Of a stretch of DNA of 64,000 nucleotides, positions 33,293 to 44,781 are shown piece by piece (the stretch's first letter is position 1; each line of letters starts with the position of its first letter). The stretch is from contig OZ116702.1 of the NCBI GenBank assembly GCA_964199315.1, positions 22,010,001-22,074,000 of the forward strand, in the 5' to 3' direction. The position numbers and the translations under genes were made by a program. The notes under the pieces were generated by a model. It worked only from the letters and a program-made list of their open reading frames with translations, did no database searches and was not told the origin of the DNA. This stretch comes from Orbicella franksi. Taxonomy: Eukaryota.

Positions 33293-34628
33293 CTTAGACT
33301 CATAATTTTAACAGCTTTTTACCTTAAAGTTTTATATTTTAATTCTTTTCTAGTTTACGGAAAGGGGATATTTCTATAGTTAGGATATTTTCTCGTACAG
33401 CTTGGTTATATGTCACGAGTTAAGTTTTAATTTAAGCTCAAATAGATTGTTCAGATATTTCCAGGAATGATCATTCTAATCTCGGGCAGATCCTTGGACA
33501 TTTGTGGGTTTGGAAGATCTTTCAGAAAACTCGACACCCCAATACTCTGTAGACTGGTTTCCGTTGTGCTCGTAACAATATTGTTTTTTCCCAGAATACA
33601 CACGAGGCCCAAATCGCATTTCTTAATTATCAGTTTGTGATTTTCAGGAGTTTGAGTTAGAATTTCATGTTAGAGTTAGAGTTTTATGAAAGACATATTT
33701 GATCTATTGTCTGAGAAGCTTATCATTTTCAGTATGTCCTCTATCAGGGAAAGAAATTTTATATCCACTTGCAACTTAAAAGATTAGAGCATAACTTACT
33801 ATAATGTGAAATTGTATTGAATACATTTCATAGCTGTTTGATAACCTTTTTTCACAGTTAACTTTACTCATTTGCATTACAAGATAATCCAGCATGTATG
33901 TAAGGCAATATTTGTAGTTTCTGCCCGAAATTGCCTCGCCTCCATGTTAGATTACATTGTAATGCAAAGAGGAAAAATTAATCTTTAAACGGGCTATTGT
34001 TTTATTGCACTTATGATTGGACATAATATTTATCATTATTCTAAAGTCTAGCCCAGTTCCACATGTGCTTGCATCAGGTATCTGTGGGACAGTATGTTAC
34101 CCTTACTTAACTATGCTTGAACTAACTGGAATACTAATCAGGCTAATAAGAATGCTAATTAACTGAGCTGGGATGTCACAGGGCAATCTTTGCTGACGTC
34201 ATTGTTGACATAAAGAAGACATAAAGAACACATCATGTCAGATATGAATTGACTTTTACATGGTGAAGTTTTAAGCTCTTTTGATCCATTATTGAAGGAG
34301 ATAGTGGTTTTAAGAAACTGCAGAATTTCTGGGTGGCAAAAGTGTTAATGGGCCCATACATTCTTTGTGAAATTTTGAGTTTTTAAATCTACATTTCACC
34401 ATAAAGCTGAAATCATACACTGGTCTATATTGCTTGAAATGGTTTGACAGCATTCCCTTTGCTTTCTGAGAAAATGGGAAAAATGGGAAAATGGGAGAAG
34501 TTGCCAGAATTGCTGAAAGTAATGACTTGTTAGTATCCCACTAGCACTTTTTGGGCAAGTTGTAAATGTTGTTGTCATATGACAAATTTTTTTAAAAAAA
34601 TGTACTGTTTTTTTTTTTTTCTCAGTAG

Positions 34629-34775
34629 GAGCTAAATCCAAATGTTGAGGCGAAACTGTCATACTTACTGAAATTTGTACAGAAAAGTGTAGAAGAATGC
34701 AATCAAAAGGAAGAATCAACATTTACAATAAATGAGGTTGGACTACAAAATGATTTTTCTGAACATCCTTGTAAG
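34629..34775 (+). CDS. NHEJ1: NHEJ1 exon 2 (donor ambiguous: 34736 or 34775)
   Basis: T-rich CAGTAG acceptor; ELNPNVEAKLSYLL (human ELNKRLTAP); two in-frame donors AG|GTTGGA and AG|GTGATT. Confidence 0.8.
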
Positions 34776-34850
34776 GTGATTTACAAAATATTCTTTTATA
34801 AAAATTCATTACAATAAAGATTTTTAACTGGGTGCTTTTACATTTGGTAG

Positions 34851-34949
34851 GACGCTGATGATCAATTGATTGTGAAAATGAAGACAAAGCTACAGGCAGG
34901 TGTGCCATTTGTTTGGGAGTTCCACTGTTCAGTCGGACAAAAGGACATG
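34851..34949 (+). CDS. NHEJ1: NHEJ1 exon 3
   Basis: DADDQLIVKMKTKLQAGVPFVWEFHC (human [20 protein letters not shown]); donor ATG|GTATGT. Confidence 0.9.
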
Positions 34950-35024
34950 GTATGTAATAGGTAAATGAACAAACATGCAAGAACATGCAAGCTCCTTTTT
35001 ATTACACTCAGGTATGTAGTGTCG

Positions 35025-35252
35025 AGGTTAAGTCTGTATATGAGCCAAGTGACCCATCAGACTGGAGCTTATCCCAGTTTCTGTAGCATGAAGTGATTAG
35101 GAGTATTTCTACTCCCCCCTGGATGGGATGCTTGTCCATTGCAGGGTTACCCCCCCAGCATCAAGTTTATACACGTGGGCAGAGAAAGGCACTGTCAGAG
35201 TAAAGTGTCTTGCCCAAGAACACAACACAATGTCCCCCAGCCAGGGCTTGAG
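35025..35252 (-). mobile_element. CORE-like SINE in NHEJ1 intron 3
   Basis: Minus strand TGTGTTCTTGGGCAAGACACTTTACTCT...GTGCCT; close relative at 35711-35954; degenerate relative at ~37130-37310 (+). Confidence 0.7.
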
Positions 35253-35359
35253 GCCCACTTATAAAACCAAAGCAAATAAATCTCTTCTCATTGTGTTCAT
35301 CTGTGCTGTATTCTAGTCCAATTACATTTTGATCAGCAATAGTTTTGTTTGTTGTCAAG

Positions 35360-35498
35360 GTTGGATCACAGCTGGTTCAGCCAATGTTAGCCATGATTAG
35401 CGAGTTACAGAGACGTCAAACTGAGCTGTGCATTCTGCTGAGGAAGAAAGATCTGGAGATTTTGGATTATAAGGGTTCAGGAGTTCGCTTGTCAAGAA
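35360..35498 (+). CDS. NHEJ1: NHEJ1 exon 4 (coiled-coil stalk)
   Basis: VGSQLVQPMLAMISELQRRQTELCILLRKKDLEILDYKGSG (human VSQHLIRPLMGM...LLHMKDLEIQDYQESG); 139 nt, phase 1. Confidence 0.93.
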
Positions 35499-35710
35499 GT
35501 ATGGTCTATGTCACATTGATTTTTTATTAATGAAACGGTTGGCACAATTGTAGAGCACACTTCTAGCTCAACTTTCATTTTCCCAGAGTACCAAAATTGC
35601 CAATATGTACTGCACATTGCACCTAATAGTCACTCGTAATTTTGAACTGTAGAATTATCTCTCACTTCGCCTCCTTGCCCAGAGGCTAACAACTAACACT
35701 TCCATAGGAA

Positions 35711-35954
35711 AAGGTAAAGTCTGCATACGAGCCAAGTAGCCCATCAGGCTGGAGCTCATCCTGGTTTCCCTAGCACAAAGTGACTAGGAGTATTTTTACT
35801 CCTCCCTGGACAGGATGCTAGTCCATCGCTGGGTTACCCCCAACATTAAGTTCTCCAGTACCCATTTATACACCTGGGTGGAGAAAGACACTGCAAGAGT
35901 AAAGTGTCTTGCCCAAGAACACAGTGCAATGTCCCCAGGCAGGGCTTGAACCCC
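35711..35954 (-). mobile_element. CORE-like SINE in NHEJ1 intron 4
   Basis: Same family as 35025-35252 (shared AGAGTAAAGTGTCTTGCCCAAGAACAC). Confidence 0.7.
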
Positions 35955-36190
35955 GATGAATGACTAGACACTGAAACTGGACAGTTCAATAACCATAGTA
36001 TGAATTTGTCCTTGTCCAATTTGGAAAGAATTGAATTAAAACGAAATTCCTCTGACTGCCAAATTGGGCTTCGTCTGCAGACCGTAGTCTAATTTAGCGG
36101 TCATCAGACTTTTATTCATCCAGTTTTTTCCAAATTGTACAGCATTTGATCCTATAACATACACTAATATTTTAATACTCTTTGTTTCAG

Positions 36191-36252
36191 AAAGCCTTGG
36201 AACTACTGAGTTTGATGAAAACTCCTTCAAAAGCAAAATGATTCTTTCAGCG
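36191..36252 (+). CDS. NHEJ1: NHEJ1 exon 5
   Basis: TTTGTTTCAG|(K)SLGTTEFDENSFKSKMILSA|GTATGT (human RLKTEPFEENSF). Confidence 0.9.
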
Positions 36253-36705
36253 GTATGTCAGTTTAGTTGTTGAGTACTATTCATGCAAGAGCTCAATTTG
36301 TTTTTTTATTCACAAGATATGGTATTAAAAGTTAGCAAATAAAAATGACATAAAGCTCTTGTTTTAAAAGAAGAAAATAAACGATAAAATACGTTGAAAA
36401 ATGCTAAATCATGTACTACAGAATTACAATTGAATTTCAGTTTTTCATGGCGTCTGATTGGATCATGGAATCCTTTGTGCAGACATCCGAAGATGTTTGC
36501 AAAATTTTCGGACAATACTTGGTTATCTTCAGATGTCTTCGGTCAAGCGTCAGCGATCTTTAGAACAGTATCACTTTACTTGAGACCAGTGTGAATTTTA
36601 TTCGCGGATTAAACACATCTGTTAAAAAGCTTACTAAGTAATAAACGTGGAATGTTGGCTAATTATTTTGTGGGACACCTCGTAGATTTGTACATTGCGT
36701 TATGC

Positions 36706-36857
36706 ATAGACCCTTTTCATAAATGGTGCCTAAATTTGAATAACAATACTTATATATTCATGCGAAAAATCTCTTGTTCGGAAGCATAAGTACGAGGAGT
36801 AAGGATGTACAAAGTATTGTCATTCAAATTTAGGCACCATTTTTTCAAAGTTTCTAT
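36706..36857. mobile_element. MITE with ~46-bp imperfect TIRs
   Basis: ATAGACCCTTTTCATAAATGGTGCCTAAATTTGAATAACAATACTT / AAGTATTGTCATTCAAATTTAGGCACCATT...TCTAT. Confidence 0.75.
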
Positions 36858-37349
36858 CGCTATTGAAAACGAGGTTTTTCATTATCAGTGAGTCGAAAGT
36901 ACTTGTTTGCCGCGCTCTGTGATTTCTAGAAATAACGTCATAAAGAGCTCTAACCAATCAGGAGAAACTTGCTGTTTATAAGCCAATCAGGAGTCGAAAA
37001 ATAATTGCGTCTGGAGATACACCCGTTTTCCCGCGTTCAGCGTCGTTTGCATGTTTTTTTAGTTTGCCTCAAGGTCTTATTAGTTCGTAGATCTTAAACA
37101 GTTTAACGTGAAGTGTCATGAACAAACTGTTTTAACTCCAGCCTGGCTGGGTTCGCTGTGTTAAACTCTTGGGCAAGGCAATATTTCTCCTTTTTCCCCA
37201 GAGGGCTATGGACCATATATTCAGGTATCCCGTGTGAATCATAGGGCAAACTTGGCCCATATATTGTGAGTTAACTACGTTAAACTAGCATTCCACACAG
37301 GGGAAATAAACATTTATAAAATTGCAGTATTCAGAGAGGAAGCCACATC

Positions 37350-37640
37350 GGATTTAGCTGATTTTCATGCGGGGTCGAATTGGAATTTGGAAGTGTTGGC
37401 TTTTGTGGAGGAAGGAAAACCGGAGAACCCGGAGAACACCCCTCAGTGCGACGAGCGACGAGCGACGAGTGGGGTCTGGTAGAGAAAAAGGGTAGGTTAC
37501 GCGCCCGTCCGCCCGCGCCTTCTCATTTTTCTCTTTCAGACCCCGCTCGTCGCGCGCTCGCTTTTTCGATCGTCCCCACATATGGCACCAGGACGAAATC
37601 GAATTGGGGTCATTGGTTAGGGTTGAACGCTCTCACCGCT
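37350..37640 (-). mobile_element. SINE-like repeat interrupted by a MITE fragment (~37440-37580)
   Basis: GGAAAACCGGAGAACCCGGAG block, then an inner IR GACGAGTGGGGTCTG / CAGACCCCGCTCGTC, then CCCACATATGGC. Family recognition is from memory of coral repeats. Confidence 0.45.
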
Positions 37641-37990
37641 ACGACAAAATTCTTAACGAGCCATACCGTATTTGAGGTATCCTGAAGAGCGAATCAAATT
37701 ACAAATGGCTAGTGGAGAAAAAAATATCGAAGGCAAACTCGCTGATCTAATGATAAAACAGTTGAAGAATTCGATTGTAATTATGATTTGCGTAGTTGTG
37801 ATTAGGTTGGTTTTGGTTTCACAACATTCAAACGTTAAAAAACTCCTTGAAATCAGCTATGTCAGCCCTTTCCAACGACAGGAAATTATCAAATGAATAA
37901 CGTAGAATTAAGATTACGTTTCTAATGCAAGAGAATATGTGAAAGGCCTTAAATTTCACATCTTCTACATAGTCACTTGCATCCTTCACT

Positions 37991-38150
37991 ATCTACGGGT
38001 ACATTACGAACAACGTGACCAGCTCTCAGTTAGCATCCGTATCGCATAGGTCATGGGTTCGAATCCCGTTCAAGCTTCAATTTTTGTGGAGGCATTATCT
38101 TCACCTCTGCTTAAGTTGTGTACATAAGTGCGATGATAATTCATGTACTT
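37991..38150 (+). mobile_element. Degenerate tRNA-derived SINE (B box only)
   Basis: AGGTCATGGGTTCGAATCCC (B box 38055-38067) shares AGGTCATGGGTTCGA with the 30791 unit; A box lost. Confidence 0.55.
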
Positions 38151-38679
38151 ACATTACGTTTCTAAACCTAAAAACAACTTTCTTGTGATTTCTTTCTAAT
38201 TATTTTGTTGCAAGTTGTTTTAAAATTATTCTCTGTCTAGTCCGGAAGGGCCGTGTAAATCACTTGGAAGTCTATTTTCTTCTCAAGTTTAATTCATTTA
38301 GACCTTCCTAAATCTTAAAAATCCTTATTGGTTTTGGCTTTTGGCTTGTCTGTTTGGTGTTTTTCTTCCTTATGAAGTATTTGAAAAGTTTCTTTTTATT
38401 TTTTAATCCTTTTATATCTTATCAGTCAGTTCACTCCTTTTTTGTTTTCAGTTGTTGTTGTCTCTTTGTTGTTGTTCTATCTTAGTCAACTATTTGAAAT
38501 TCTTCTTTCATTCCCAAATCTGCTTAAATCCACGTCAGTCCTAACCATCCTTATTTCTCTTTAGCTTGTTATTGTCTGTTTGGTGTTTTTCTTTCTTTCT
38601 AAACTATTTTTGAAGGCTTATTCGATGTGAAGTATTGTATATTTTTCCTTGTGTCTACCATCTCCCGTTGCACTCTCAG

Positions 38680-38794
38680 GGATTTGAAGACGCTGTGAAA
38701 GAAGCTGCTACAAAAGGATTTGACGATGCTTCGTGCGAGCTTTACAAACAGATCAAGATTAAAACAGCATGGTTGGCAGAAAAAGATTTACCTG
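38680..38794 (+). CDS. NHEJ1: NHEJ1 exon 6
   Basis: CTCTCAG|GFEDAVKEAATKGF...ELYKQI...DLP G|GTAAGA; phases fit exons 5 and 7. Confidence 0.82.
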
Positions 38795-38817
38795 GTAAGA
38801 CATAGAAAGATTTACCT

Positions 38818-39259
38818 GGAGAAATTTGAAAACGCAACAATCACAGGTTATTTTGGAGTTTGAAGAAATTCGGCGAGGGAAATCACTTGATTCTCGAGAC
38901 GTCATCGTTTTCGAAAAGCTCCGTTTTCAAAATGTTTTCCGTCCACACTGAAACGAAAGCTGGCGTTTACAAATTCCTCCGTTTTGAAGGGCGTTTTCGA
39001 AAAGCTCCGTTTTCAAAATGTTTTCCGTCCACACTGAAACGAAAGCTAGCGTTTACAAATTCCTCCGTTTTGAAGAGCGTTTTCGAAAAGCTCCGTTTTC
39101 AAAATGTTTTCCGTCCACATTGAAACGAAAGCTAGCGTTTACAAATTCCTCCGTTTTGAAGAGCGTTTTCGAAAAGCTCCGTTTTCGTGGCGGATTACGG
39201 TGTGGCCGGTAGGCGAACCGTAGAAATAAAGCTGAGTTTTCAAATTTCTCCGGCGTAGT
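38818..39259. mobile_element. End-truncated MITE with an internal 86-bp tandem array (38907-39186, ~3.3 copies)
   Basis: GTTTTCGAAAAGCTCCG recurs at 38907, 38993, 39079 and 39165; same family as the single-unit copy at 45562-45773. Confidence 0.85.
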
Positions 39260-39553
39260 TTTGCTTTTAAACGTTGTTTTGACAAAGCGATTTTGCACCG
39301 AAGAAATTCGCAACATTTAATTTTGTCTACACTCGGTGAAAACGAATACTCTTTTAAAATAGGTTGCGGTTTTCAGCAGATGAAACCTGTTAGTATGAAG
39401 CATGATTTATCCACAGCTACATATATTCAGACATGTTATGAGTGGTTCTCGCTGGAGTCTGGAGAAATCTTTGCAGCCGCTTACATTGCTTCAATATGCG
39501 ATATAGCACTATATGGTTTATTTTACATTTACTATTCCACATGATATTCTATT

Positions 39554-39795
39554 AAGCAATTAGATTATGAGCTCGAGGTTTCTATCACACATAGAAATCG
39601 AGAGCGAATAATCTAATTGTTTTAGTCGTATAAATCTACTAGTCTTTCAAAACTTTATCTAAATACTCCTCACAGACACTTGTTAACAAGCGCACATTGC
39701 TATGCTTCTCACTATCTACCACAGAATAGATAGTGGGTAGCGTAGCCAATCAGAGAACGGCATTCGTGATAGAACGCTAGTAGATTTATACTAAT
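39554..39795. repeat. Hairpin repeat (39554-39622) followed by an IR-bounded block
   Basis: AAGCAATTAGATTAT / ATAATCTAATTGTTT; then GTATAAATCTACTAG...CTAGTAGATTTATAC; partial duplicate at ~39900-39990. Confidence 0.7.
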
Positions 39796-40196
39796 CGCAG
39801 ATATCTGAGAATTGTGTGTGATGTGGAAGAGTAAATGTAAAATAAAACACAGACACCTCGAAAACGCAATGAAGCGGCCTTAATTTTGCTAACAACCGCA
39901 CACTGCTGGACTATTCACTGTCTACCACAGATAGTGAGTAGCGGCGTATCCAATAACGGTATGGCATTCGTGACAGAACGCTAGTAGATTTCAATGAACT
40001 CACCGTACTCTTGGACGTCTTGTGCTTTTTTGCTTTGTGGCGCACACGCTAGCTGCCCCTAGACAGATGTTTTGTAACATGTCGATAAAAAGAACAACGC
40101 AACGAGGGGCACAAGTAACTCTAAAATCAATGTTCCGAACTAGTTAACAGCGAGTAAGGTGTGCTGAACTGCGCCTTGTTTATTGTATTTTACTAG

Positions 40197-40426
40197 AACC
40201 AGAGGAAGATGATGAAGACCCTGATGATATTTACGGGTCAATAGCAGTTGGAGGAGCTGTGGGGGGCCCCAGTGCGCCTTCGTGGACTGATTTGCCCCCA
40301 CCATCCCTCCTAGGAAAGGACGGCGAAACCTTAACAACGTCCCCTAGGGGATCCCCCAGGAAAACGCCTGTCACATCACCTACAAGGTCTTCCGGGATGT
40401 CATCGCCTGCTAATTCACCGTCAAAG
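40197..40426 (+). CDS. NHEJ1: NHEJ1 exon 7 (acidic then S/T-P-rich disordered tail)
   Basis: TTGTATTTTACTAG|(E)PEEDDEDPDDIY...SPRGSPRKTPVTSPTR...SPSK|GTAAAC; bridges phase 1 to phase 0. Confidence 0.78.
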
Positions 40427-40983
40427 GTAAACAAGAAGAGTGGAGATAAAGGATACAGGAGATTAAAGGGAGTGGTGTAGGGGGATGGAGGGAGCGAAGT
40501 AAGAGTATGCGATATGTCGTTGGGTTGCTAGGAAAGGTATTCGAAGTTTAAAACTGAAAAACTAATTTTCGATGCCAAAAATTTGTTTTCTTCGTGTCTT
40601 AATAAGTTTCGTTCTTAAAACGGCTACCTGATGTTACTTCAGAACTAGAACTAAAGTAAGTCACATCTGCCAATCAGCTGTCAATTACAACAAACACAAA
40701 TAAGTTGACGAGCCAATCAGAACTCGAAACCATAACATGCTGAGCTCGGGAAAGCGCGTGTAAGCCACGTCCCGATTGGATTGGGTATTGCGCAATGTAA
40801 TTCGCCTGATTGGTGGAAAAAATGTACGTCTGTTCTGATTAGTTAGAAAGCGGCGTAGTAGTTTTTCACCCCTTATAACAAACCGCTGGTCTAAAAAGTA
40901 AAAACGGCGCATAATTTTTGGATTGCATAACCCCTTCCACGAATTACCGAATTTTTTAATAATTTTGGATATTGTTTTTACAG

Positions 40984-41076
40984 GACGTGGAACTTCAAAG
41001 ACGAGAAGAACTGCAGAAGAGACTAGCCGAGGAAGCTGAACGAAAGAAAAGGAAAAAACGCAAGATTAACCTTTAA
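40984..41076 (+). CDS. NHEJ1: NHEJ1 exon 8 (basic C-terminus, NLS/Ku-binding-like)
   Basis: TTGTTTTTACAG|DVELQRREELQKRLAEEAERKKRKKRKINL*; human XLF ends KRKKPRGLFS. Confidence 0.82.
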   Translation, partial: DVELQRREELQKRLAEEAERKKRKKRKINL

Positions 41077-41994
41077 AATTACAGGCGCAAAAGACGTGTT
41101 TCGATTAGGCTCCACGTATGCTGTCGCCAAAAGTTCTTTCATGATTACCTACTGCCGGAGACGTTGTCTGATGGCGAGGTCGTTCCCTTCAAAAACAAGT
41201 TAAGTCCCTGACACAAAGGAAAACAGAACATGACAAAAGTAGAGAAATTTTTAATTCAGCACATGACATGTTCTCAAGCCACCGGTTAATGAGTTCTCGC
41301 CATCACCAAGAGAACCAACACAACATAACATTTTATTGACAAATGCTGTTTATATTAAAGAGAAGAGGGCGACATGTGTTTGAAAGCAGCATTTAATAGA
41401 TTATCTTTAGATTTAAAAAAAATTGTTAGGGCTACTACGTATACCTTGAAAGATTTTAAAATTTGCGAAATAGAACGTCTTAGAAAAACGTATTGTACGA
41501 ATGTACAGCCTCCAAACGTTTTATTAATAGATTAATTTTGTCAACATTTCGTCATCTTTCTGTCTTTCATATTTCTTCATCCGATAGCGACGTTTTCCTT
41601 TTCTTTGACTTCAAGTAAATTTTGGATATTCAAATTTTCCCGAACTGTCATACAAGAGAACCCTATTTGATCACAGGTTCTTTGTCACGCAGAAAAAAGC
41701 TTCAGTGCCATTTACAGTAAATTGATAAGCTTGATGAAAAATTTGTCTTCAACCCCCATGTAATTTGCGCTCAATATAAACAGCGCCATATGTTCAGCCT
41801 CGTACCCATTTGAATAAGAAATTTAAGGCAAAGCTGTCTTCATAGGCAACACTATTATTATATTACAAAGGTTTGCAGTTTAGTGTCCTAAAAGATGGCG
41901 TGAGGCAGTTGAAAAATGTTTGTAAGTGAATCGTGTTTCTACAACTGTGTGTTGTTTTCTGTATAATTTACAAAACGACATTTGCTGCTGCATA

Positions 41995-42000
41995 AATAAA
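41995..42000 (+). terminator. Candidate NHEJ1 polyadenylation signal
   Basis: AATAAA followed by a GT-rich tract (TGTGGACTGTGTGTTTTT). Confidence 0.4.
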
Positions 42001-44781
42001 TGTGGACTGTGTGTTTTTCAGTTACGAATCTATTAAAACAGAATTATATCACATTTTGTTCTTGATCCTATTTAATAGCTACAAAAGCAATTTTCATTTA
42101 GCCGGGAAGTTTATAACAAGGTTTAAACTTTAGCCAGTCGTTTTAACTTGGTCATCACACAGCAGTCTTTACCCTTTCTCACCACCCCCCGCCCCCGCCC
42201 CCCCTCCTCTCCCCTCTTCCCCGTGTACCGAAGAAAATTACAATTAAAGGTCTTGGGTAAAGCAATCTTGGATCGGATTCCATAACTGCTTAGGGCTTTG
42301 GTTCTAGACGGATTCTTAAAGTTAAAGGAAGAAAGAATTGGTTTTGGAAGATGGATAGGATATCGCGCCAGTGAAAAAACACATTCAGTCGCCTGTAAAA
42401 AATATGTCACGACTGATATCACTAAGCAACATAATTTCTCCCAGGTATTTATTGCCCATTACCCAAAACAAAGTTAACGTGGGTGGAAAATTTGGAATTT
42501 GTTTTGTAAAATGCCGGAAGGATAGAAAAGTAGTTTATTACATTAATGTAGAGCGAAAGGGTCGCTGCGCGAAGAAGGCCATTATTTGATTTACTCAACT
42601 GCTTTTTGTTAATTATCATTGAAAATGTCCACGTTAAAGCATCAAATCGCCAAAATTTGCATTAAATTCACATTTTTCCACCAATAATGCGCCCATACTC
42701 CAATTTGTCTGCAGTGAATACAATTCATCTCCGCGGGAACAAGAAGCAGGTGCAGCGAGAAACGTCATTTCTTGTCGTCTTCATGTCTGCAGTTGTGAAA
42801 AATGTTGACAGTTTGATGTCTACCAGCGGAAGAATAATTCATTTATTCAGCTTACTTCTGGTTATCCATTATTATGAGGACAAAAAAACGACACCGAATG
42901 CCATTCAAGCGTTCATTTATTGGCATGCTGTCACGCGCGCGTGCAATAGGCTGCTGTCAATCTTAGCTTTCGATTGGTTTCTTTGAAGTGTTATGCTGGC
43001 TGTCCGGTCGATCAATTTAGCGAAGAAGACGATTTGAAATCTCGCAACACGAGGCTCTTTGTTACGCTTTGCAACCGAAACTGGTATGTACAATGCTTTC
43101 TACGGACTTCTTGTTTGTAATCTATTTAAGCTCAATTTAACAAGGTCAGTTGGAAAAGCCATCTTTAAAGAATCGTTATATTTAGCTGCAAATTTAAAAT
43201 ACATGGAATGCGATTAAACGGTGTGGGTCTTGAAGTAAATTTATGGTATTAGATTTATCTTAAACCCGAAGAAAGGTTGTGATTTAAAAACTGACTTGTC
43301 TTGCATCTTGCGTCTTGCATCCGTACACTTTATATAAGGAAAAATATTTTTACCCTGAGTTCGATTGGTTTTCATCGTTCAAGTTTTTGTTAAATATGGT
43401 GTTTCGAATTTTTATCAAAGTATTTTCAATATTGTATTGGTGAGAACACGCTGCTGTATCTCTCGTAAAACATCAACAACCGAAGTATCGCCGAATTTTA
43501 ACTTGTAATAAGTTTTAAAAACACGTGATTGCAACAACATTGATATTCATGACCCGTTCTTGATCGAAGTCGCTGGACGCAAGAGCAGATCTCGAATGTA
43601 GGTCATTGCATGAGAGGGCGCTAGATTTGCGCGCAAAAAAGAGCTTTTAATTTTACATACATATTGTTTATAGCGGCTAGACGGTTTGTATTTAAACAAA
43701 CTTGTTCGAGCAGCCGGTCTTACCATTAAAACTTGACAGAGATCGAGTTGAGCGATTGTTCTCACCTATTTTTCATTAAAACAGTTAGTTTTGTTTTTAT
43801 TTTTCATTCTATGAAGTTGAGGACTATTATGGTAATGTTTTTCGCTTGAATTTTTATTTTCATTGCATTGTGTAATCGTGATATAAGGAACGTGCTCGGG
43901 TTTTCATCGCGGAGTTAAATTCTTTCTCTTGAAGCTCGACCATGGCCAATTTTCCTCATCCAAGGTTATTTTGATTTCTTTTGTTTTACTTTTAACAAAA
44001 ACAACATCGTCCGAAACTGGCTCGTCACCTAGACAGTCACTTTAACAAAGAAGTGAATCGAGATGTCCGGCCTCCTTCCCTCGTCTTCTTGCTTTTCATA
44101 GGTAGGTCAAACAGAACTAACTAAAGATTTGGGTTTGAGTTGTGAAAAATTCTGGTGAAGAGGTAATCAACGGACTAACCTCGTAGCTGGCATGCAGGAT
44201 GCTTTTCAAGCAGACTCCATTTCTGCCCTATTTTAGTTAGGTGTTACAGAAATTACCCTTTTCAAAGAGGTTTTGGGGTAAACTAGCATCTGGCAACGGG
44301 CAACTGGCAGTTTCGCAGCATTTCCCACCGAAAATGTAACATAATCAATGCATGGACAAATCGTATTGAAAATCTTTCCATTAAATGTGGGATAATGGAA
44401 AGTGTAACATAAAGCAGCAAACAAGAAACATAACATCAGCCAATTTAATGCGAAAAACGCCTCCAGGCAACGGTTTTCACCTGTAAGGTAAAACTAGTGG
44501 CTAAGTGCGTGTATGAAAGTTAAGCCAATGGGCACGAGAATAAACATGCCAGGAACACGGTAACAAATTAGAAGTACCGGATCCTGTCATTGTGGAGGAT
44601 CTAATCAGTTATAATTGATAACGAACCAAGAAAAAACACAAGGCCATTAGACGGTATGGAAACTGTATCACTTAAAATTCCAAAATTTTGAAATGCACGA
44701 ACTTTTTCTTCAGATTCTGACAAAGAATACCCTGAAAAAGAGGCCATACCTTTTATTTTGAATATAGACATTTTCATAATA

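Noticed and set aside
38907-39186. CRISPR-like reading of the 86-bp array (and of the 261-bp array)
   Set aside because: Units are head-to-tail with no unique spacers, there are no cas genes, and the context is a eukaryotic intron.
44256-44480. Isolated - strand exon-like segment with an open frame
   Set aside because: Good acceptor and fair donor, but no compatible neighbouring exons and no recognisable product.
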